A DNA stretch of 64,000 nt from Pedobacter sp. (GCA_050253415.1 JBFWJC010000002.1:448625-512624); one strand, 5' to 3'. Positions 19,146 to 29,563 are shown, counted from the first letter of the stretch. Numbers and translations are program-made. Notes: generated from the sequence alone by a model not told the origin.

Positions 19146-19970
19146 TCAGGATTTTTTCAGTCGGATGCCGTCGCCGGTCAGCTCGATGCGGCCGGCTTTG
19201 TAGAGTCCGCCGACGGCCTTCTTGAAGGCTTTTTTGCTCATGCCCAGCTGCTTTTGGATGACATCGGCAGGGCTCTGGTCGTGCAGGGGCAAAAAGCCGG
19301 TTTTGGACAATTTCTCCAGCAGCGTGGCCTGGGCCTGTTCGGTGCCGGCCTTGCCGACGAAATGCAGAGTGACGTCGAGCTTGCCATCGGGGCGGATGGT
19401 TTTGATAAAGCCCTTGAAGGTGTCGCCGGGTTGCATTCCGGGTCGGATTTCATCGCGGTACAGCAGCGCTACGTAGCGATGATTGACGATCATCTTGACG
19501 CCGAGGTCGGTGAACTGCCAGAGCAGCATCTCCACCGGTTGACCTACCTGCAGCTCGGTCGTGTCCTCATCCAGCCAGCGGTCGATGCGGCCGGTGGCAA
19601 AGCAGCGCCCCTGGTCGTCGAGACAGACCCGTACAATATGATATTCACCTTCGCGCATGCGTTTCGGCTGCTCGTTGAAGGGGATCAGCAGTTCCTTTTC
19701 CATGCCCCATTCGAGGAAGGTACCTTGCTGGCCAGCCTGATTGACCCTCAGCAGGGCGAATTGGCCGACATGGGCAAAGGGCAGGCGCGTCGTAGCAAGA
19801 GGCTCGCCGGCGTGGAGGTACAAAAACACCTCCACGGAGCCTCCGGGGCGGGCGCCATCCGGTATTTGTCGCGACGGCAGCAGCACCAGCGTCTCGCCGG
19901 TCTGCAGCCAGGCGCCGCGTTGATCGATATGGTCGATGGTCAGGGTTTGAACCCGGCCGATTTCCAGCAT
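19146..19970 (-). CDS. CvfB family S1-domain RNA-binding protein
   Basis: EIGR..TL.I, FLEWGMEKELLIP..EQ, MSKKAFKKAVGGLYK motifs. Confidence 0.85.
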   Translation of the reverse strand: MLEIGRVQTLTIDHIDQRGAWLQTGETLVLLPSRQIPDGARPGGSVEVFLYLHAGEPLATTRLPFAHVGQFALLRVNQAGQQGTFLEWGMEKELLIPFNEQPKRMREGEYHIVRVCLDDQGRCFATGRIDRWLDEDTTELQVGQPVEMLLWQFTDLGVKMIVNHRYVALLYRDEIRPGMQPGDTFKGFIKTIRPDGKLDVTLHFVGKAGTEQAQATLLEKLSKTGFLPLHDQSPADVIQKQLGMSKKAFKKAVGGLYKAGRIELTGDGIRLKKS

Positions 19971-20082
19971 GTTGTATCTCCTCAGAGGGGTTGTGCTTCG
20001 GGTACGGGCAGAACATCATGCCCACTTTAAAATAAAGCATGCGCAGAAGTGCGGAGAAAAGCAAGTCCGGTTCTGCAAAGAG

Positions 20083-20108
20083 CAAGGGGCCGCTGATGCG
20101 GCCCCTTG
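20083..20108 (-). terminator. hairpin downstream of purB
   Basis: CAAGGGGCCGC-TGAT-GCGGCCCCTTG perfect stem. Confidence 0.65.
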
Positions 20109-20138
20109 TTGTTTTATCCATGGGATGAGCTGTTAGCT

Positions 20139-21527
<1,389 letters not shown>

Positions 21528-21689
21528 CTATAGACGGACTGGCCGGATTCTGCAAGGTTTTTGGGCATAGTAGCGGGGTGGTGGTAAAAACGCTTACTGT
21601 GCTTTATGAACTGTAATATTAAAGATATTGTTTAATGTTGACACTCTTAATTATAGAGGAGTAAAAATATGTATCAAATTATTGGATAT

Positions 21690-21945
21690 GCCATGGAGGT
21701 CAGAGGATTCCGGCCGACATTACATTCACGAAACCCTTCTCCAGCGCGTCATTAAAGCATCCGTATTCAAATCTGATATCGTCAAACGGATCGAGTGTCA
21801 TACATTTCGCCACTCCTTTGCTACGCATTTGCTGGATGATGGTTACGATATTCGGACGATTCAGGATTTATTGGATATAGGGATATTAAGTACGACGATG
21901 GTCTATACTCATTTTCTCAATGGGGGGTGGGCACGGAGTACGTAG
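21690..21945 (+). pseudogene. intI: integron integrase C-terminal fragment
   Basis: [11 protein letters not shown]...[26 protein letters not shown]...TTMVYTH matches the IntI C-terminus; LGH box altered to LDI; N-terminal two thirds absent. Confidence 0.85.
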
Positions 21946-22064
21946 CCCGGTCGATGTCCTTTAAACGGGCATATCCAATCTGTATATATCGGGGGGGGGT
22001 TCGGTGGTGATCGCTTAAGTAACTGGAATTAAATATAAAGCAACCGATGTGTAACAGTTTTGAA

Positions 22065-22134
22065 ATTGTCTTATATAGACAGATTATTGTCTATGTTTAC
22101 AGTTTTATCCAGACTGCCTATTTATAGGTAAGCC
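22065..22134 (+). other. candidate attI region (degenerate core GTAAGCC at 22128)
   Basis: lies between intI 3' end and the first cassette; GTAAGCCA resembles the reverse complement (GTTATGCCA) of the first cassette's R'' end. Confidence 0.4.
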
Positions 22135-22147
22135 AGATGAAGGAGAT

Positions 22148-22768
22148 ATGTCTTTGACATTAAAAGATTATTCTGACTTAGCATCAATCTTTGGTTCACT
22201 TGCAGTTATCGGAGTTTTTGTTCAAGCAATTTTACTCAGAGGTCAAATAAAAAAAGACCACGAAAGGTCTCGACGCGAAAAATCTGTTGAGCTGCTGGGT
22301 CAATGGGCAAAACATCTCAAGCAAGATAGTTCTTTAGCTAGAAGAATTGTTGAAAGCTTGAATGAAGAGGAGAGTCGGAACCTATTCAATCAAGAAGAAA
22401 CTAAGGTGGCAGTCAAATACGAGACATCACTCAGAAAGATTCTTGATCTTGGTGATGATGAACTTCATAAGCCAAATGGAGAAGTAGTTCTAAATGCAGC
22501 CCAATCATCGAAGCTCCGTTGGCACGCAATGTCATATTTAAACATGCTTGAATCAATATTGGTTGCATGGCAATACAGTATTGTTGATCGAGAAATAATT
22601 GAGCACCAATTTAGCTATCTGTTTTCTCCTGAGCAAGGCCATGCAGCCTTAAAATATTTCCGTACTGCAGCTGGTGGCGAAAATGCCTTTCCTGCAATTG
22701 AAATATTTGCAAATCATTTAGAAGAGAATCGTCGATTAATCCTAAAGCAGAAAGCAAATGTGGCATAA
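22148..22768 (+). CDS. cassette gene, DUF4760-like protein with N-terminal TM
   Basis: AAGGAG RBS; DHERSRREK and YLN.LE.I motifs; stop codon lies inside attC R''. Confidence 0.7.
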   Translation: MSLTLKDYSDLASIFGSLAVIGVFVQAILLRGQIKKDHERSRREKSVELLGQWAKHLKQDSSLARRIVESLNEEESRNLFNQEETKVAVKYETSLRKILDLGDDELHKPNGEVVLNAAQSSKLRWHAMSYLNMLESILVAWQYSIVDREIIEHQFSYLFSPEQGHAALKYFRTAAGGENAFPAIEIFANHLEENRRLILKQKANVA

Positions 22769-22862
22769 CCATCTAATCCAGAGGACGGAGTAGGCAGGCG
22801 TTGTTCTCGAAAATTTCGGTAGGTCGCGCAAGTCGCGTCGCCGCTTATCTCAACCGTTAGGG
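22763..22862 (+). other. attC site 1
   Basis: GCATAAC...GTTAGGG ends with imperfect internal palindrome. Confidence 0.8.
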
Positions 22863-22871
22863 CTACAAAAA

Positions 22872-23432
22872 ATGGAACATTTCTCAGCAACATACGAAGG
22901 AAAAAAGCATAAGATTATTGTTGATGTGGGGTTTGAAGAACCTGATACCTCCAACAGTCATCGATGGGGCGGTCTTTCCTACGAGCTCAAACATATCTTC
23001 ATAGATGTTTACATTGAAAATAACGAGAAATTAATACCTATTAAAGAAGTAGATCAATTTCGTAATGCTACCGGGCCCAAGGAAGTGTTTGTCCGTGGGT
23101 GGTTAAATGAGTCCAACAACGAATTACAAATAGAAAATATTCAAAAAGGCATTATCAATCCAGGGCAACACTTTTTATTAAAAATTCTCAAAAAATTGAT
23201 TGCTCTAAACAATAATACAAATTCTATATATTTAGCTAATGTAAATCACGGAAGCACACTTGAATTACTCAAAAAAGCACACGAATCAGGGCAACCACTA
23301 AGTCAAATAGAATCAGAAGCAAGGAAACCTCTTATGTTCGCTTTGGATCAATGTGGGTATACCAAGCATGAATTAGTTTTAGAAGGAACTTGTTTGTATG
23401 GAATTCGAGGCTTTAAATCAAATCTTCCCTAA
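22872..23432 (+). CDS. cassette gene, hypothetical protein
   Basis: 186-aa AT-rich ORF bounded by GTTAGGG and its exact complement CCCTAAC. Confidence 0.75.
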   Translation: MEHFSATYEGKKHKIIVDVGFEEPDTSNSHRWGGLSYELKHIFIDVYIENNEKLIPIKEVDQFRNATGPKEVFVRGWLNESNNELQIENIQKGIINPGQHFLLKILKKLIALNNNTNSIYLANVNHGSTLELLKKAHESGQPLSQIESEARKPLMFALDQCGYTKHELVLEGTCLYGIRGFKSNLP

Positions 23433-23501
23433 CAAGCGCATAAACGCGGACTGCAAAAGCTGCTTCGCAGCTTTTGCATCCGGTTATGCTTGGCGTTGGG
23501 A
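23427..23501 (+). other. attC site 2
   Basis: CCCTAAC...GTTGGGA with long stem TGCAAAAGCTGC-TTC-GCAGCTTTTGCA. Confidence 0.88.
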
Positions 23502-23579
23502 GATGAGTGTTTTTAAACAATGATAAACACCACTGGCAACAATATTTCAGTTACGGGTCAATTTACAGTAAGAGGGGTA

Positions 23580-23655
23580 TCCGGGGACGTTCTTGCTTTA
23601 TTGCATTAGCTGCCCAGGTGTATTTATAAAGTTCTAAAGCAAGAACTTCCCCGGA
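23580..23655. repeat. REP-like inverted repeat (GGGGAC type)
   Basis: TCCGGGGACGTTCTTGCTTTA / TAAAGCAAGAACTTCCCCGGA, 20/21 complementary; partial third copy near 23830-23848. Confidence 0.75.
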
Positions 23656-23888
23656 CTCTCGTGCTTTTATTGTTTTCTGGCTGTGGCCAAACTGCGTTAT
23701 TTGGGTGTAGAGGTCGGAAGGAGGCTTGGCATTTGCGGCTCTTCAGTGAGTCGGACAGTCAGTCGGGGTGACGAGCTGTTTCAATCCAATGTGGATCTTC
23801 AGGGGGGGTGGTCAGGTTGTTAATGCTCAAAAGCCAGAACGTCCTTGGAGCCCCCCCAGACCATTAGGTGAAAATATAAGGATCTATT

Positions 23889-24959
23889 ATGTTCTTTGCT
23901 GAAGAAAGCAACCTTAAATCCATCGGTGCTTTTTTACGAAAAGCCGAATCTTCGCACATTGAAGATGAAGTTAGAGCGAAAAGGTTGTCAATTGTTAAAG
24001 AATTGGTTGATTACATATACAAATATCCAGAGGGTTGGGATGATCGTTGCACTTTCAACATAAAACATATTGGAGATCAATTCCTAAACTCATTACGCAA
24101 CTTTGACCCTTCGAAACTCTCTGGTGTTGACAATATTTACTGCATGGCATATCGATTTCTCTGTGAGTTTGATTTTCTTGTGGGGGCTGGTAAAGAATTA
24201 TCTATAGAGCTTAGATCAATAAAAAATCGAATCCAAGTAGATGCTGCTCAAATTGACGATGATGCACGTTCTCAAATTATTTATGCATCTTATGTCATGC
24301 CAGCAAACATTGCGAAAGATTTCATTAATGATAGTAATATTGGAATTTTTAGGGATTTTGAAGCAAGGAAAAGTGAAGCGGAGAAATTGAAAGCTGAATG
24401 GGACAAAGAGTTAGAGCAGAAAAAGGCTGAAACAGAGAACTTAAAAGAAAAATTAGATGAATATAAAACAGCCTTTAATTTTGTCGGCTTGCATCAAGGA
24501 TTCTCGAATTTATCGACGATAAAATATTCTGAAAGCAGAAGGTTGTTCTGGTCGTTAATCGCAATGGGTGTAGTGGTCCTAATACCATTGGCAGTCGAAT
24601 TGTACTGTACTACTAACGGTTTGTTTGCAGGCAAAACATTGTCAACCGAAAATCTTATTACACTAATTCCGCTCATATCAGTCGAAGTCGTTCTAATATA
24701 TTTTTTCCGAGTCATTTTATTGAATCATAGAACCGTTGGGGCACAAAAAATACAAATTGAGTTGAGAAAAACACTTTGTCAATTTATTCAAAGCTATGCG
24801 GATTATGCATCAAAAATAAAAAGCAAAGACAATCAATCCTTAGAGAAATTTGAAAATTTAATATTTAGTGGAATTCTTTCTGATCCAGAAAAGCTACCCA
24901 GCACCTTTGATGGTTTAGACCAGATTGGTGAATTAGTAAGAAAAGTCAAAAACTCATAA
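23889..24959 (+). CDS. cassette gene, coiled-coil plus two-TM hypothetical protein
   Basis: 356-aa ORF with E/K-rich coil then two hydrophobic segments; stop codon in attC R''. Confidence 0.8.
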   Translation: MFFAEESNLKSIGAFLRKAESSHIEDEVRAKRLSIVKELVDYIYKYPEGWDDRCTFNIKHIGDQFLNSLRNFDPSKLSGVDNIYCMAYRFLCEFDFLVGAGKELSIELRSIKNRIQVDAAQIDDDARSQIIYASYVMPANIAKDFINDSNIGIFRDFEARKSEAEKLKAEWDKELEQKKAETENLKEKLDEYKTAFNFVGLHQGFSNLSTIKYSESRRLFWSLIAMGVVVLIPLAVELYCTTNGLFAGKTLSTENLITLIPLISVEVVLIYFFRVILLNHRTVGAQKIQIELRKTLCQFIQSYADYASKIKSKDNQSLEKFENLIFSGILSDPEKLPSTFDGLDQIGELVRKVKNS

Positions 24960-25044
24960 CAACACACTTCAGCGGATGGCGTGAACGGTGGCGGCACTGA
25001 CGCGACAGCTCAGGTTGCGCCACCGCTTAGTTGAGCCGTTAAGT
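24954..25044 (+). other. attC site 3
   Basis: TCATAAC...GTTAAGT with AGCGG..TGGCG / CGCCACCGCT arms. Confidence 0.82.
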
Positions 25045-25062
25045 CTATAAATCGTGGAGGTT

Positions 25063-25726
25063 ATGGGGACGCCCATGAAATTATGCGTTTCTTAGGATGT
25101 TATATCTCGGCAAGATTAGTAATAAGTATTGTGTGTTGCTTTGCCTGATAGGAAAATGGCATAATTCTAATCATGCCACGTCAAGCCCGCATAGATGCAC
25201 CAGGTGCGCTCCATCATATCATTTGTCGCGGCATGGAGCGGCAAGCGATCTTTCGCGATGATGTTGACCGGGGTGACTTTGTATCATGCTTGCCGACAAT
25301 CCTTTTAGATACATCCACCCAATGTTTTGCCTGGGCGCTGATCCCTAACCATTTTAACCTGTTGTTGCGAACGGGGAAAGCGCCGATTGCTCATGTCATA
25401 CGCCGATTATTGACGGGTTACAGCGTTAAATTTAATCGCCGCCATCATCGATATGGGCACTTATTCCAGAATCGTTACAAGTCAATATTGTGTCAGGAAG
25501 AACCTTATCTTCTGGAGTTGGTTCGTTATCTTCATCTTAACCCATTGCGTGCCGGCGTGGTGTCAACTTTGGGGGATAATGAGGGACACTCCCCATATAT
25601 TTTAGGCTTTTGGGAATGACTCAATCGGCAGTCAGCAGATCGGTTCAACGTGGACAAAAATTGGCCAAAGAAAAGGGGTGGCGTCTGGAGGAATGGGTAA
25701 ACGCATAATTTCATGGGCGTCCCCAT
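25063..25726. repeat. perfect 28-bp inverted repeat pair enclosing the RAYT remnant
   Basis: ATGGGGACGCCCATGAAATTATGCGTTT (25063-25090) and its exact reverse complement (25699-25726). Confidence 0.9.
25173..25619 (+). pseudogene. REP-associated tyrosine transposase (RAYT, IS200/IS605 Y1 family), truncated
   Basis: MPRQARIDAPGALHHIICRG, GHLFQNRYKS, RYLHLNPLRAG; HUH motif reads HFN; C-terminus replaced from about 25578. Confidence 0.85.
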
Positions 25727-25772
25727 TACCCATGCAGCTGTTAAACCATCTTGCGGATAGTGGATATTTGAA

Positions 25773-26630
25773 ATGAAAAAAAAGACCATAGCCATTATTA
25801 CTGACAAGCCTAAATCAATATATAAAATTCCTTATCTGATAAGTCATTTAATACCCTGTTGGAGTGAGCGCGCATTCAATGTTGTCATTGGCACGAAATG
25901 GACACTTCCCAAAGCCGATATTGCTCTATTACACGTTGATGCAACAAAGGTTTCCCGTATTTATCAAATTATGTGCAAAAAATATCCGATTGTTTTAAAT
26001 GGGAATTTTCTGGACAACTCGAAACAAAAGGTTAGCCGAAACCTTCTGTCTATGGGAGAAGATTACCATGGTCCTGTAATTATTAAAACTAATGGCAATT
26101 ATGGCGGTTTTCTGGATATTCCTAAAAAGAAGCGTGATCATAGTCATATTATATTAAAAGAAACAACTGATATCAAATCAGTAAAATGGAAATCCATTCA
26201 GGCTATAAGTCCTGGGAAATACCCAGTCCTTGAGCATCAGGCAGATATACCAAATGATGTTTGGAAAAACAAACGATTAGTTGTTGAAAAATTCATACCA
26301 GAATACGACATGAATGGTTTGTATTGTTTAAGAGCTTGTTTCTTTTTTGGTGAAAAAGAAATCAATATGATGGTTACCTCGACAGAGCCTGTCATAAAAG
26401 GTAACAATATTTGCAGCAGACAATTGGTAAATTCACCCGCTCCCGAACAGCTTCGAAACATTAGGGAAAAGTTGAAAATTGATTTTGGGCGTTTTGATTA
26501 TGTTATGTCAGAGGGCAAGGTAGTGCTTTACGATGTCAATAAAACGGCGACAATGAGTCAGCAGGCCAGTATTGAATGGGCAGATCAGGTTATTCGCCCA
26601 TTGTCGCTTGGTATAGATGAATATTTATGA
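25773..26630 (+). CDS. ATP-grasp-like protein
   Basis: GPVIIKTNGNYGG, VVEKFIPE, DFGRFDYV....VLYDVNKT pattern. Confidence 0.65.
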   Translation: MKKKTIAIITDKPKSIYKIPYLISHLIPCWSERAFNVVIGTKWTLPKADIALLHVDATKVSRIYQIMCKKYPIVLNGNFLDNSKQKVSRNLLSMGEDYHGPVIIKTNGNYGGFLDIPKKKRDHSHIILKETTDIKSVKWKSIQAISPGKYPVLEHQADIPNDVWKNKRLVVEKFIPEYDMNGLYCLRACFFFGEKEINMMVTSTEPVIKGNNICSRQLVNSPAPEQLRNIREKLKIDFGRFDYVMSEGKVVLYDVNKTATMSQQASIEWADQVIRPLSLGIDEYL

Positions 26631-27647
26631 GGTCAGTTTGTGGAGAAATCTAATTGGAACACTGATATTGTTCATTCAAGAATCATGGATGGACCTGAGA
26701 AGAAGCGCTATGCTGCAGGCTCTCCAGATTCTCAAGAAATCAGCGTATTTAATACCCTGTTGGAGTGAGCGCGCATTCAATGTTGTCATTGGCACGAAAT
26801 GGACACTTCCCAAAGCCGATATTGCTCTATTACACGTTGATGCAACAAAGGTTTCCCGTATTTATCAAATTATGTGCAAAAAATATCCGATTGTTTTAAA
26901 TGGGAATTTTCTGGACAACTCGAAACAAAAGGTTAGCCGAAACCTTCTGTCTATGGGAGAAGATTACCATGGTCCTGTAATTATTAAAACTAATGGCAAT
27001 TATGGCGGTTTTCTGGATATTCCTAAAAAGAAGCGTGATCATAGTCATATTATATTAAAAGAAACAACTGATATCAAATCAGTAAAATGGAAATCCATTC
27101 AGGCTATAAGTCCTGGGAAATACCCAGTCCTTGAGCATCAGGCAGATATACCAAATGATGTTTGGAAAAACAAACGATTAGTTGTTGAAAAATTCATACC
27201 AGAATACGACATGAATGGTTTGTATTGTTTAAGAGCTTGTTTCTTTTTTGGTGAAAAAGAAATCAATATGATGGTTACCTCGACAGAGCCTGTCATAAAA
27301 GGTAACAATATTTGCAGCAGACAATTGGTAAATTCACCCGCTCCCGAACAGCTTCGAAACATTAGGGAAAAGTTGAAAATTGATTTTGGGCGTTTTGATT
27401 ATGTTATGTCAGAGGGCAAGGTAGTGCTTTACGATGTCAATAAAACGGCGACAATGAGTCAGCAGGCCAGTATTGAATGGGCAGATCAGGTTATTCGCCC
27501 ATTGTCGCTTGGTATAGATGAATATTTATGAGGTCAGTTTGTGGAGAAATCTAATTGGAACACTGATATTGTTCATTCAAGAATCATGGATGGACCTGAG
27601 AAGAAGCGCTATGCTGCAGGCTCTCCAGATTCTCAAGAAATCAGCGT
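25846..27647. repeat. 901-bp direct tandem duplication
   Basis: 25846-26746 repeated at 26747-27647, apparently identical, with 2-bp (AT) junction microhomology. Confidence 0.92.
26617..27531 (+). CDS. chimeric second copy of the ATP-grasp-like gene
   Basis: identical to 25773..26630 from LIPCW onward; first ~44 aa come from an alternative frame across the duplication junction. Confidence 0.45.
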   Translation: MNIYEVSLWRNLIGTLILFIQESWMDLRRSAMLQALQILKKSAYLIPCWSERAFNVVIGTKWTLPKADIALLHVDATKVSRIYQIMCKKYPIVLNGNFLDNSKQKVSRNLLSMGEDYHGPVIIKTNGNYGGFLDIPKKKRDHSHIILKETTDIKSVKWKSIQAISPGKYPVLEHQADIPNDVWKNKRLVVEKFIPEYDMNGLYCLRACFFFGEKEINMMVTSTEPVIKGNNICSRQLVNSPAPEQLRNIREKLKIDFGRFDYVMSEGKVVLYDVNKTATMSQQASIEWADQVIRPLSLGIDEYL

Positions 27648-28377
27648 ATATGCGCGCTGTCTGCTTGCAAATAGCGGCCTTGGTGTTGTTCTTGGAATGA
27701 CTCCGGAATTGCGAAATATGGCAGCAAGCCACTGTGAAAAATTGCTATCTATAGACCATAGTGAAGCATCCATCTCCACCTACAAGGATTGGTTGTCACC
27801 TGAGCTGAAAAACAAGGAGGAAATCATTTGTGGAGACTGGAGCGTCTTGGAAAACGCATTGCCTGCGCCACCTGATTTCATTCTCGGAGACGGTATTTTT
27901 GGCAATGTCATTCCGCTTGAAAAATACTCAAGCCTTCTCCAGATAATCCGTTCGTCACTCGCCCCCCAGGGTTGCTTTGTTACCCGTCAATGTCTCATGC
28001 CTGACGAAGTTTTGGATAATCCACGTCGGCACCAGGATCTCCTTGAAAAATTTCGCCAGGAGATGTTGGACGAGGCGGGATTCGGTTTGAGTATGCGATT
28101 ACACGGGTATGTTGATGTCGCTTATGACAAAAAAACGTGCTTACTTGATAATAGCAAGGTTTTTGCCAAGATCGATGCCGATTATAAATCTGGTTTGCTT
28201 TCGTCATTGGAGTACCAGGTTGTACGGCGTTATCTTTTTAACGGGATAAACTCAATCCCACCCCAAGGTAAATGGGAAGAATTATTGAGGGAAAACGGAT
28301 TTAAATTTAAGCAGCTAAATTGCCAAGGTAAATACTGGTATCACTACTATCCGATTTACTCTTGCCGACTTGCCTGA
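27541..28377 (+). CDS. class I SAM-dependent methyltransferase-like protein
   Basis: VVLGMTPE, SID.S, GDW, DFILGDG motifs; GTG start after GAGGT. Confidence 0.65.
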   Translation: MEKSNWNTDIVHSRIMDGPEKKRYAAGSPDSQEISVYARCLLANSGLGVVLGMTPELRNMAASHCEKLLSIDHSEASISTYKDWLSPELKNKEEIICGDWSVLENALPAPPDFILGDGIFGNVIPLEKYSSLLQIIRSSLAPQGCFVTRQCLMPDEVLDNPRRHQDLLEKFRQEMLDEAGFGLSMRLHGYVDVAYDKKTCLLDNSKVFAKIDADYKSGLLSSLEYQVVRRYLFNGINSIPPQGKWEELLRENGFKFKQLNCQGKYWYHYYPIYSCRLA

Positions 28378-28466
28378 TTCCAAATGGGATAGGCCGAGGT
28401 AAATGAGGGACACTTCCCATATTTTGCTTAATTACAGTTATGCATACGAATATAAAAAGTAAATAT

Positions 28467-28958
28467 ATGACAAAAACTATTTGTTTTATAGCGATATTCC
28501 TTGTTTGTGCTTCTCCTTTGTCTGCAGGCAACGGACCTTTAGCCATTCCTGCTAAAGAGTCAGATTTTATAGGCGTATGGAGATTGATACTCAAAGATAA
28601 TAAAGGAGCTAAACAGATTCTAAAAGAAGATCCCTGGCCAGCGAACTGTCAGTACTTCGGGCATTACAAAAATGGAATATGGCTACACCAACAAGTGCAT
28701 TTAGGTGAATGTAAATTGGCAATGCCAGAATTGGCGCCAAATTATCCTGAAAATGTCACATGGAAAATGGATAGAGACGGAACTTTTATAATTACAAGGC
28801 CAGACGTAAAAATAAAAGAGCCGTGGAAAGTAGACGTCGTCACTAGAGATGCCCATTTAGGAAAAGTAAATCTAAATAAGGGTGATTTGATAATGCAACT
28901 ATATTTACCCGATAGGAAAGGCTTCATGTATTCACGCATTATGAGAAAAGTAAGGTGA
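28467..28958 (+). CDS. cassette gene, exported hypothetical protein
   Basis: signal peptide; preceded by GTTATGC (28437) and followed by attC 4. Confidence 0.72.
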   Translation: MTKTICFIAIFLVCASPLSAGNGPLAIPAKESDFIGVWRLILKDNKGAKQILKEDPWPANCQYFGHYKNGIWLHQQVHLGECKLAMPELAPNYPENVTWKMDRDGTFIITRPDVKIKEPWKVDVVTRDAHLGKVNLNKGDLIMQLYLPDRKGFMYSRIMRKVR

Positions 28959-28996
28959 TTCTAACGTTGATTATGCTTACATTCTTTATTCCCAAT

Positions 28997-29076
28997 ACAT
29001 AACAAGCACGTTGAGTCGGACTCACAAAAGTATCTCTTCTCTCTGTTTTTGCCGCCGCTCACGTATGTCGTTATGT
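28997..29076 (+). other. attC site 4
   Basis: ACATAAC...GTTATGT with ACGTTGAGTCGG / CCGCTCACGT arms. Confidence 0.85.
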
Positions 29077-29096
29077 GAAGAAAAAAATATAAAATA

Positions 29097-29486
29097 ATGA
29101 AATCCTATTTAGTGAAAATATCAGCCCTTTTTCTTCTCTTGTATGTGTCTGGTTGTTCTTCGGTGCGACCTGGTTCTGGGGGTAATTGGATTGGTTATAC
29201 TGAGACTGGTCAAGCATCCTATTACGCGGATAAGCATCAAAATAGAAGAACAGCTAGTGGGGCCCTCTATAAACACGAGCTCAAAACAGCTGCACATAAA
29301 GAACTGCCGTTCGGTTTAAAAGTAAAAGTCACAAATATCAATAATGGAAAAAGTGTCATTGTTGAGATTAATGATCGTGGGCCATTTGTTAAGGGACGAA
29401 TTGTTGATCTTTCAAAAAGTGCATTTAGTAGTATAGACAGTCTCTCGTCAGGTTTAATCAGTGTCAAAATTGAAGTGGTAAGGTAG
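29097..29486 (+). CDS. RlpA-like (DPBB) lipoprotein, cassette gene
   Basis: lipobox VSGC; GQASYY, TAAHKELPFG, INDRGPFVKGRIVDLS. Confidence 0.88.
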   Translation: MKSYLVKISALFLLLYVSGCSSVRPGSGGNWIGYTETGQASYYADKHQNRRTASGALYKHELKTAAHKELPFGLKVKVTNINNGKSVIVEINDRGPFVKGRIVDLSKSAFSSIDSLSSGLISVKIEVVR

Positions 29487-29487
29487 C

Positions 29488-29546
29488 ACATACCAGTCGT
29501 TCAAGCCGATGGCGGTACGCGCCGCGGTTTAGTTCCAGCGTTAAAA
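29488..29546 (+). other. attC site 5 (59 bp, mutated R'')
   Basis: ACATACC (for ACATAAC)...GTTAAAA; short attC-type length. Confidence 0.7.
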
Positions 29547-29563
29547 ACCTGGGAGGATTATTT

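Noticed and set aside
21991..21999. G9 homopolymer downstream of the intI remnant as a phase-variation switch
   Set aside because: Non-coding and not clearly within a promoter; no support beyond the run itself.
27529..27543. ATP-grasp-like and methyltransferase ORFs are in the same frame separated by one TGA (selenocysteine or readthrough fusion?)
   Set aside because: No SECIS-like hairpin is evident after the TGA, and GAGGT gives a good RBS for an independent GTG start at 27541.
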